Of a stretch of 50,241 bases of DNA, positions 28,222 through 35,516 are shown one piece after another. The position numbers were made by a program, and so were the translations under genes. The stretch spans positions 1-50,241 of the forward strand of contig DASRLE010000333.1 of NCBI GenBank assembly GCA_035648615.1, written 5' to 3'. Below the pieces are notes generated by a model. The model made no database searches. It was not told where the DNA came from and worked only from the letters and a program-made list of their open reading frames with translations. The stretch is from Candidatus Saccharimonadales bacterium. Lineage in GTDB: Bacteria > Verrucomicrobiota > Verrucomicrobiia > Limisphaerales > Palsa-1400. The number at the start of each line of letters is the position of its first letter. Within the stretch, counting starts at the first letter, position 1.

Positions 28222-30618
28222 ATGCGTCCAAAATTCCTTTTCCTGGTGACTGTTGCAACGATTGCCCTGGCCGGCCTGAAAATGCGGGCAGACGAACAAA
28301 ATTGCTTCCCCGAGCCAAACATTGAAACCGCGCTAGCTTGGTGGCCGCTGCCACGAAATGTCTGGACGCCCCTCGGTTGGAAATCGCATCTCTTTCGTTT
28401 TCAAGTCGTTTACAACGGCACGCTGCTCTGCACTCCTGCCGGTTGGCTCCCCAAGCCGCATGTCCAAAAATATCAGGGACAGAATTTTCAGTTAAATTTC
28501 TTTCCAAGTCTCGATGGCGTCCTTCCGCCGATGCCGCACGAGAATACCAAAGTTTATAAGATGGACGGCGGTATAGGCGATCAGCACTGGCGCAACGACA
28601 TGGTGGCACCCGTGCTCTGCACTGACTGGCCGATGCAGGATGGCTTGATTATGCGCAGTGAGGTGTTTACGCACTTGAAAGGCGGCAAGGACGTGGTTAC
28701 AGGCACTGAGCCGCTTTATGCATGGGTTCGCTTATCGGTGGCTTACGTTGACCCGGTACGCGCTCCACAAAAATATTGCTTCGCGATTCAACTCAGCAAA
28801 GATTATTATGACGTCAGTGGCACATTGGAAGATTCTGTTTTTCTGCTCGCCGATCCCATCAAGGCCAAGCTAAAAGAACCGCTTATCTGGAAACCTTTGA
28901 CTTCCTCGCTGGCCAAACAGCCTGGCGCAGAGGTCGAACAAAATGGCAAAGTGCGTCTGCGCGTGCAGACGGGGGGATCCGGCGCGTTGTCCTTTACCGA
29001 GACAGGGACGAACAGCGGCATTTACAATTTAAAAATCACACTCCCTGCGCGCGCGGGGGCTTACACCGACCTTTTAGTTCCTATCCTGCCTTTGCCAAAA
29101 GAAGAGACCGACGCGGAAGCGGCCCTCGATTTTGACGGCGCGCTTCTCCAGTCCGAAGACTACTGGAAGCAAAAACCTTCCACTGCCGCTTACATTCATA
29201 CTCCCGAGAAATATATCAACGAAGCTCTCTCCCGGAACATCCAGTTCGCTCAAATCATCGCCGAACGCAATCCCGATAAAGGCGAGTATTCCTTCCTTTC
29301 CGGTTCCTATGGCTATGATACATTATGGAGTACACCCTCTTCCATGATCAGTCACATGTGCCTCGATTTGCTGGGCTATCACGCGGTGGTGGCGAGGAAT
29401 GTCGAGCTGTACAAGGCCAATCAGGGAACTGTTCATCCTCCTGGGCTAAGTTATACCCTGCATCCCGGCTATTTCAGCACGCCCAAGAGTCTCACCGCCA
29501 TTGATTGGCTGACTGATCACGGCGCCATTTTGGAAACCCTCAGCCGCCACGCCTTGCTAACAGGCGATCAAAAATTCATCGACGAATGGCTCGAACCAAT
29601 CATCAAGGGTTGCGACTTTATCAAGGACTCCTGCGCCGCCACCAACCATGCGGGCGTCAAGGGCGTCATGCCACCGGCCGTCGCCACCGACAGCGGCGTG
29701 CCTTCGCAAGCCATCTGGAACGAGGCCTGGACCTACAAGGGACTGACGACCTCGATTCAGTTGCTGAAAAAATTAAAACATCCGCAGGCGGCTGAATTCG
29801 GATCCTTCGCCGACGATTTTAAAAGGAAATTTCAAGCTGCCTTTCTGGCGCAGACTGCCAAACAACCGACCTGGGTCGCCTCTGATGGCAAATCCTATCC
29901 GATTCTTCCTGCCAACCTCATCCCGCCTCCGGAGCATCACGTTTATGATGACGCGTTTTTGCTCGATACCGGACCGCTCTGCCTGCCGTGGTCGGGCTTG
30001 ATGGACGCCAGCGACCCGTTGATGCGTTCATTCGCGGATTTCTTTCGCTACGGCCCCAATAACAAATTGCGCGGGCCGCAGACTGGCGCCATCAGCCGCG
30101 CCGTCCTCCGGCACGAGATATCATCCTGCGAACCTTGCTACAGTTGGAATATTGTCAATTCGTGGAAAATCGGCGACCGCCAAACGTTTCTTGAAGGCCT
30201 GTACTCTCTGTTTGCCGGTGCGATCTCACCCCAAACTTTCATCAATTGCGAACATCGCAACGCCATGTACGGAAATGTATTTGTGGCTCCACTGATGACT
30301 TGGTCGCTGCGGCAAGCCGTCATTGATGATCAACTGGCGGAAGGCGAATTGCACCTCCTGCGCCTGGTTCCTCAATCGTGGATTTCAGCCCGCGAAGAAA
30401 CCGTTTTTGCCAACATGCCCACCGAATATGGGCCGGTAACGTTGCGCTTTAAAAAGTCCAAGGACGGAAGAACTTTGGAAGTTTTTTTTGCCGGCGCCTG
30501 GAGAGACAAACCGAAAAAGATAATTCTGCACATGCCCCCGGTTGTCGGGCTGACAAAGATTAAAATCAACGGCAAAAGCCACCCAGCCAAAAGTGAAATC
30601 GTTCTCAAGGACCTGTGA
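28222..30618 (+). CDS. Large secreted protein of unknown function (possible novel glycan-active enzyme)
   Basis: Signal peptide MRPKFLFLVTVATIALAGLKMRA (ATG 28222; the ORF is open from 28171). About 800 aa with a helix-rich core. I recognise no family. Its stop overlaps the GTG start of the CBM9-like gene. Confidence 0.5.
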   Translation: MRPKFLFLVTVATIALAGLKMRADEQNCFPEPNIETALAWWPLPRNVWTPLGWKSHLFRFQVVYNGTLLCTPAGWLPKPHVQKYQGQNFQLNFFPSLDGVLPPMPHENTKVYKMDGGIGDQHWRNDMVAPVLCTDWPMQDGLIMRSEVFTHLKGGKDVVTGTEPLYAWVRLSVAYVDPVRAPQKYCFAIQLSKDYYDVSGTLEDSVFLLADPIKAKLKEPLIWKPLTSSLAKQPGAEVEQNGKVRLRVQTGGSGALSFTETGTNSGIYNLKITLPARAGAYTDLLVPILPLPKEETDAEAALDFDGALLQSEDYWKQKPSTAAYIHTPEKYINEALSRNIQFAQIIAERNPDKGEYSFLSGSYGYDTLWSTPSSMISHMCLDLLGYHAVVARNVELYKANQGTVHPPGLSYTLHPGYFSTPKSLTAIDWLTDHGAILETLSRHALLTGDQKFIDEWLEPIIKGCDFIKDSCAATNHAGVKGVMPPAVATDSGVPSQAIWNEAWTYKGLTTSIQLLKKLKHPQAAEFGSFADDFKRKFQAAFLAQTAKQPTWVASDGKSYPILPANLIPPPEHHVYDDAFLLDTGPLCLPWSGLMDASDPLMRSFADFFRYGPNNKLRGPQTGAISRAVLRHEISSCEPCYSWNIVNSWKIGDRQTFLEGLYSLFAGAISPQTFINCEHRNAMYGNVFVAPLMTWSLRQAVIDDQLAEGELHLLRLVPQSWISAREETVFANMPTEYGPVTLRFKKSKDGRTLEVFFAGAWRDKPKKIILHMPPVVGLTKIKINGKSHPAKSEIVLKDL

Positions 30619-31280
30619 ACTATCTTGTTCGCCACTGCTCAATCGCTCCCTCAATGAAAGCGGACTGGACTGATGCGTCCTGGCGCGACGCGGATACCTT
30701 GGAGGTGGCTAATTTCCATCCTGCAAGCAGTGCCCATCGGCCGCGCACCCACTTCCGAATGCTTTACGGCCCAAACAATTTGTACGGAGTATTCAAAGTG
30801 GAAGACTGTTATGTCCGGTGCGTTCGACAAAATTACTTCGACGACGTTTGGAAAGATAGTTGCGTCGAATGTTTTCTCCAGCCTCGGGCAGACTGCGGCT
30901 ATTTTAATTTCGAATTCAACTGCGGCGGAGCATTTCTATGCTGTTACATTACCGACTGGAGATTGAAGAACGGCTGGTTCACCGAGGCCGTCAGACTTCC
31001 TTTCACCATCGGTGGCAAAGTCCAGATTAAAACCTCGCTGCCACGCGTTGTGGAACCCGAGATAACCGGGCCAATTACCTGGACCCTGCAGTTTTCCATT
31101 CCAATCGAGCTTTTCGAGGAATATTTGGGACCTTTGGGGCCATTGCGTGATCAAACCTGGCGAGGTAACGTTTTCAAATGCGCCGAGGAAATCTCACACC
31201 CTCACTGGGTTTCATGGTCTCCGATAAAGCAACTCAATTTTCACCAACCGCATTGCTTCGGGGTCTTGCATTTTGGGTAG
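30615..31280 (+). CDS. Carbohydrate-binding family 9-like (DOMON-like) domain protein
   Basis: Pattern W..A....V...........FRMLYGPNNLYGVFKVEDCYV......DDVWKDSCVECFLQP....YFNFEFNCGG, typical of CBM9-like modules. GTGA overlap with the upstream gene; an alternative ATG is at 30657. No signal peptide is evident. Confidence 0.55.
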   Translation: MNYLVRHCSIAPSMKADWTDASWRDADTLEVANFHPASSAHRPRTHFRMLYGPNNLYGVFKVEDCYVRCVRQNYFDDVWKDSCVECFLQPRADCGYFNFEFNCGGAFLCCYITDWRLKNGWFTEAVRLPFTIGGKVQIKTSLPRVVEPEITGPITWTLQFSIPIELFEEYLGPLGPLRDQTWRGNVFKCAEEISHPHWVSWSPIKQLNFHQPHCFGVLHFG

Positions 31281-31320
31281 TTTGGCGCAGAAAAGGAAAA
31301 TCGACGCGAACAGAAGCCGT

Positions 31321-31347
31321 CGCCGGTGTGTCGCCGGTGTTGAATTT
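31321..31347 (+). terminator. Candidate intrinsic terminator of the 22.6-31.3 kb operon
   Basis: CGCCGGUG-UGU-CGCCGGUG can fold as an 8-bp stem (6 Watson-Crick plus 2 G-U pairs), followed by UUGAAUUUGG. The same bases form a perfect 11-bp tandem duplication GTCGCCGGTGT x2 (31319-31340). Confidence 0.3.
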
Positions 31348-31470
31348 GGTCAGATTTCCTGTTATGACCTCAGCCCAGCACCAGCCGGCGAGCCGATGTT
31401 TATCGCCACTCTGCAACGGCCTTGGTGAATTCCTCGTCGAAGTCTGGCGGCTGTGTGGTGGGCTTGGACA

Positions 31471-31953
31471 TCACTTTGAAGGCAGTAGCAGGTTGGTGGC
31501 AGATTCGACTTCAGTGTAAAACTTGCGCGGCCAGGTTTGGGGTCGTTGCCGGTCGAGCAGGCTGAACGCGGGATGTTTCGCCGCCGCTGTGATGGTCAGA
31601 TTCTCGGCGTTAAGCGCTCCAACCAGCCAGTCTTGCATCCGACTCATGCCGATTTCCAATGCGCCGAACTTGACTTTGAGCAGTGCGCGAACCTCACACG
31701 TTTCAAAGATCGTGAAACTGTCGCTGTGCGCGGCATTGCGGACGACGACATAGCGGCACTTGTCTCCGAACTCGTCTGTGAGGCGCTGGATTTGTTCCAC
31801 GTTGTCCGACTCGTGGTTCACCGGCACGACGAGCGTGAGTTTTGCGCCGAGCGCAGACAGCACGGCGAACGGGTCAATTTCGGCGAAGAATTCAATAAAC
31901 AGGTCGGTGGACGCGGCGCGGCAGTCCACAACGACAAAATTTGCCTTTTCCAA
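31471..31953 (-). pseudogene. ParA/MinD-like P-loop NTPase fragment lacking the Walker A N-terminus
   Basis: FVVVDCRAAS (Walker B-like), then LTLVVPVNHES and YVVVRNAAH, typical of the C-terminal two-thirds of partition/transfer ParA-like ATPases. The frame hits a TAG about 45 nt upstream of the TTG start, and no GxxGxGK(S/T) motif is encoded there. A 23-codon ORF (31468-31470 ATG) overlaps its stop (TGATG). Confidence 0.4.
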
Positions 31954-32005
31954 CGCGGCGAAGGTGCCGTCGAGCGCGCGTCGTATGAATGTGACTGCCT
32001 AACAA

Positions 32006-32281
32006 ATGGAATTTCTCAGTTGGAAGCTCGTTCCGGCCCGGCTCGATGCAACTCAGGCGGCGTGGTTTCTCGGCTTTGAACCGCACGAGATTCCAAGGCT
32101 GGTTACAGCGGGTTTGCTCAAAGCACTCGGCCATCCCGCCCGCAACAGCACGAAGTTCTTTGCCACGGAAACATTGGAACAATTCCGCCGCAACGAAAAA
32201 TGGCTTGCCCGCGCCAGCGATGCCATAGCCAGCTTTCCGGCGTCGGGCGCAATGCTATATCAGCTTGGAAGAATTCTGTGA
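32006..32281 (+). CDS. Small helix-turn-helix protein (excisionase/AlpA/MerR-like), divergent from the ParA-like fragment
   Basis: 91 aa. LDATQAAWFLGFEPHEIPRLVTAGLLKALG resembles phage/ICE excisionase-type HTH proteins. Confidence 0.4.
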   Translation: MEFLSWKLVPARLDATQAAWFLGFEPHEIPRLVTAGLLKALGHPARNSTKFFATETLEQFRRNEKWLARASDAIASFPASGAMLYQLGRIL

Positions 32282-32353
32282 TCTGCTTTAGGTGAGTAAA
32301 ATGAGTTAGCGCCAGCCGGTCTGCCGTTTAAGAGCAAGCCCACTGGCAGCCCA

Positions 32354-33367
32354 TTAGGGTTTGCGCAACCGAAAGAACATTTGGGTGCCAGGATTGGTTA
32401 TGGTGACGGCGACCAAGCCTGTTTGTGGATTGAGTTCTTCAGTATAGCCGAACATGGTGAAGGGCTGCTCCAAGCTGGTCGTGGCCTCGAGCATATAACC
32501 CGAAAAGCCCGCGGGCCATTGTAAACGAATAGCGCCGGACGAACTGCTGATGTTCAACGCAGGCGTAATTTCAGCGACAGGGATCGCGGCCGGCGTTTCG
32601 GCATTCGCCGGTGAAATTGAATGCGTTTCCTCCGGGATAATTTCGGCCACGCCGTTCATGGGAAGTCCAATCGGATCCTTGGCGCGGTCGCCCCAGTCGT
32701 TCCATCGATTATGCTGGCTGTGGTATGGATAATAGATTGAGACGTAATCTTCACCGCCGCCGGCGTTGTTGGGTTCGCCTTTTGCCCAGGCAGTAAATGA
32801 AACCGATTCGCCGCTGCTCCAGGTGAAATGGAACTTTTTATCGCGATCGCTTAAGCCAATCCAAAGCAGGCGTTGGGTGCCAGAATAATTGCCGAACGTT
32901 TTGAAAATCCAGTCTTCTTCGGTTTGGTTCCGGATTGTCGCCAAATGCCCGCCGATCTTCACCGCGCCGGCTTCAGCCTCCTTCCAGGTCGAGGCCGAGA
33001 GCAGGATGTAGCGGTGATGATTGGCGGGGTTAACGATGGGGGCGCTCACTGCGCGGTCCAATCCGAGGGCACGAATGAGCATGGCACGATTCGTGAAATT
33101 TGCGCCCATGTTGACGAACGCGAAAGCGACTGATTCAGCCCGAGGCTTATCCGCATAGGTCCACCAAATGAGATTTGTGCTCCCGTTGGTGAGCGAACCG
33201 CCCGGTGCGCACTTACGCGATGCCATATTCACGATTTGGCCCGTTCCAGTCTCGAACAACTGTGGCCAGTCCACCAAGGAAGTGCCGCAAAGGGCCGTCT
33301 CCAAACGCTGTGCCTCTATATGAGACCAGGGCGAGGTGATATTGTTCTGGGTCGAGGTGGCATCCAT
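32354..33367 (-). CDS. C-type lectin domain (CTLD) protein with a C-terminal FFRL beta-module
   Basis: The CTLD covers aa 113-243 (nt 32639-33031). It shows W.EAE..A...GGHLATI....E..F, LWIGLSD, an EPN triplet (32768-32776) and WND (32696-32704). There is no Cys in the domain and no signal peptide. Confidence 0.75.
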   Translation of the reverse strand: MDATSTQNNITSPWSHIEAQRLETALCGTSLVDWPQLFETGTGQIVNMASRKCAPGGSLTNGSTNLIWWTYADKPRAESVAFAFVNMGANFTNRAMLIRALGLDRAVSAPIVNPANHHRYILLSASTWKEAEAGAVKIGGHLATIRNQTEEDWIFKTFGNYSGTQRLLWIGLSDRDKKFHFTWSSGESVSFTAWAKGEPNNAGGGEDYVSIYYPYHSQHNRWNDWGDRAKDPIGLPMNGVAEIIPEETHSISPANAETPAAIPVAEITPALNISSSSGAIRLQWPAGFSGYMLEATTSLEQPFTMFGYTEELNPQTGLVAVTITNPGTQMFFRLRKP

Positions 33368-33668
33368 CGTCGGCTTTTAACCCGCAAGCCTTGTTGACGA
33401 GCATTGTCCATACCCGTTCCTGGCTTTCACGACACGCCTTTGGAATTGGAATATCCCATATTGAATCTTTTTCTTCCCGCTTTAGCATAGCGGAAAAATG
33501 CCAATTTCAATGGCGTTATCAAGGCGCAAAATGAGCGTTGCCGCAGGCGATAATGGGTGTGAATAAGCCAAGCAATCTTCGGTGTCAAGGGAAGCGGCAA
33601 TGACTTACAACGCATTTGCGCCCACGTTGGAAAAATAACGGGGTTGACCTACGATTGGAAAAGGAGTT

Positions 33669-33741
33669 GAGTGAGGCGAGCCTTGTACTCGCAATCCGCG
33701 ATTGTAAGGAACGCGGGTTTTCCCGGTTAAACTACGCACCC
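33669..33741 (-). ncRNA. tRNA-like cloverleaf (possible tRNA pseudogene or tRNA-derived element)
   Basis: It is 73 nt long. Acceptor GGGTGCG/CTCACTC pairs at 6 of 7 positions (including one G-U). U8 is present. D arm GTTT-AACCGGGA-AAAC carries G10, A14, R15, G18G19 and A21. T arm GCGAG-TACAAGG-CTCGC carries G53, T54, C56, R57, A58 and C61. The anticodon arm is aberrant (CCGCG/CGCGG with an 11-nt loop), there is no encoded CCA, and position 55 is A. Confidence 0.3.
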
Positions 33742-33907
33742 TAAGCGATTTTAAATTTGCACACATTTTGAGGAAGTCAAATTGATTATTTGTGGTTTTT
33801 GAGGATGTGTTTAGAAAAGGCATCCATTAGTTTTAATGCACCTAAAACAAACAAAGCAAACGCCGACGCTTCCGTGGCACCACGCTTGGACAAAGATGAG
33901 GTGATCT

Positions 33908-35173
33908 ATGCCATCGTTTGAATCATTTTGGGAACTGGTTGCTATTTTAGGTTCTTTAATAACCATCGCTGGCGTTGTCGCAGAAGAATCTGAACGGGCA
34001 TTGAAATTCACAAAACGGAAATTGTTTTGGAAATTATTTATATGGCACAGAAAAGACCGGCTGGCGATGGCGAGATTGCTATGGTTCCTCCATAAAAAGC
34101 GGGTGTTTTTTGAGGACTTAGGTTTTGCATTTGTTTTTATCGGGTTGGCAATTGAATTAGGTGCAGGAACAAAGGCACTCCTAATCAGCCATGCAGAGGA
34201 CAGACGGTTGCGAGGGGACTTGGCAACACTTAATGATCGCGCATCCAGCAATGAATTAGCCGCTATACAACTTGGCATAGAGTTGAATAAAACAAAAACG
34301 GAACTCGCCACAGCACAAGCACGCCTCAATGAGAGCATAACCAATTTGGAGAACGCCAATCTGCCGATGGATATTGGCGAGCAAGGGAGCTTTGCAGAAG
34401 ATTTAAAACCTTTTGCGGGGATGCAAATTGAATTACGAAGCGCGGCTGATACTAAATCACAGAAAACCGCTGATCTTTTGAACACGGTTTTTATTAGGGC
34501 TGGCTGGAAGGTAATGAATCGCGGCGTGATACCCAACATCGGGGAAGATGGCGTCATTATCGGGTATAATGTTGGCATCGCTTTTCCGCTCCTTACAAAT
34601 GCACCTGTTGTCAATCCTGATCGGAAAGCAGGCCATCTGCTCTTAAAATTATTAACTGAAAGAGGTGTTCCTGCGGAAATAATCGAGAACCATCCAGGAA
34701 GCCGCCGGGTTTTGGTGCCGTCGAACACGATCATACTTGCCGTTTGTGAGCGTCCGAACCAATTGAAAGTGGAGTTGATGCAACTTGAGGCTAAGGACGA
34801 AATAGCTGAAGACAATTGGAACACCCAAGCCCCAACACTGTTTGCAAGAATGACCGAACTGCAAACAAACCGATATGTTTCAAATTCAAAGGAACTTGCA
34901 GATGCGCAAACAGAATTTAACGACTTAAATATACGATTGCTTAAATTGAGGATTGAGGAAACAAATAACTTTGACCGAGAGCGAAAACTGTATAAACAAA
35001 TGGATGAAGTCGCCGGGGGGACAAATTCACATGCTCTTGGAATCCACATGAGCGGCAATGTTTTTAATGGATTTGATGGGAATATGGATAGGTTCATAAA
35101 AATCGGAAACGGAACAAATTCCCCACCGATTTTTATGAATGGTAATGTTGTCAATCCCCCACCATTGCAATGA
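33908..35173 (+). CDS. Orphan membrane-anchored coiled-coil protein (two N-terminal TM helices)
   Basis: 421 aa with TM-like FWELVAILGSLITIAGVVA and LGFAFVFIGLAIELGAG. Heptad-like LATLNDRASSNELAAIQLGIELNKTKTELATAQARLNESITNLENA. It lies in the lowest-GC part of the window. I prefer it over the longer antisense ORF, whose product is an S/F/C/R-rich mirror of it. Confidence 0.55.
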   Translation: MPSFESFWELVAILGSLITIAGVVAEESERALKFTKRKLFWKLFIWHRKDRLAMARLLWFLHKKRVFFEDLGFAFVFIGLAIELGAGTKALLISHAEDRRLRGDLATLNDRASSNELAAIQLGIELNKTKTELATAQARLNESITNLENANLPMDIGEQGSFAEDLKPFAGMQIELRSAADTKSQKTADLLNTVFIRAGWKVMNRGVIPNIGEDGVIIGYNVGIAFPLLTNAPVVNPDRKAGHLLLKLLTERGVPAEIIENHPGSRRVLVPSNTIILAVCERPNQLKVELMQLEAKDEIAEDNWNTQAPTLFARMTELQTNRYVSNSKELADAQTEFNDLNIRLLKLRIEETNNFDRERKLYKQMDEVAGGTNSHALGIHMSGNVFNGFDGNMDRFIKIGNGTNSPPIFMNGNVVNPPPLQ

Positions 35174-35516
35174 TCCCTGCATGGTCGAACGATACGCCAC
35201 AAACCCGGCAAAATCTGCCGGAATTTGAAAGTAAGACACCGCCGACATTTGAAATCAGGACACGGCACAATGGTGCGGAGCAACTCCATTTCGAGGCACC
35301 CACAAATGTTGTGAGCGGGGGATATCCCCAACCATCGCCCCGTAACCATGTGGCGCAACGGGAAATCCAAATTAAGGCACTACCGAATAATTGAATCGTA
35401 AACACCCTGAAAAACCACCTCGTTTTACTGCACTTTACTTGCATTCGCTTGTAAGTGATTGATTTACGGTGGAGCGGTGGAATCGATCCATCATTTAAAA
35501 TGCAAAAGACCTTCGC

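Noticed and set aside
32354-33367. C-type-lectin gene as a diversity-generating-retroelement (DGR) target
   Set aside because: DGR targets often use CLec folds, but there is no reverse transcriptase, no accessory gene, and no template repeat matching the gene's 3' end anywhere in the window. The CTLD is also not at the C-terminus.
33811-35370. 519-aa minus-strand ORF, the longest ORF in the low-GC islet
   Set aside because: Rejected as a gene. Its product is S/F/C/R-rich low-complexity sequence, the mirror image of the E/K/L/A/N-rich plus-strand protein, which has TM helices and a heptad coiled coil. I kept it only as a statistical curiosity in the findings.
35170-35394. 74-aa ORF whose ATG overlaps the stop of the coiled-coil gene (ATGA)
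   Set aside because: A stem-loop CCGGCA-AAATC-TGCCGG (35205-35221) followed by an A/T-rich tract lies inside it and looks like the upstream gene's terminator. The peptide has no recognisable features, and its EFESKTP/TFEIRTR repeat merely reflects a DNA direct repeat.
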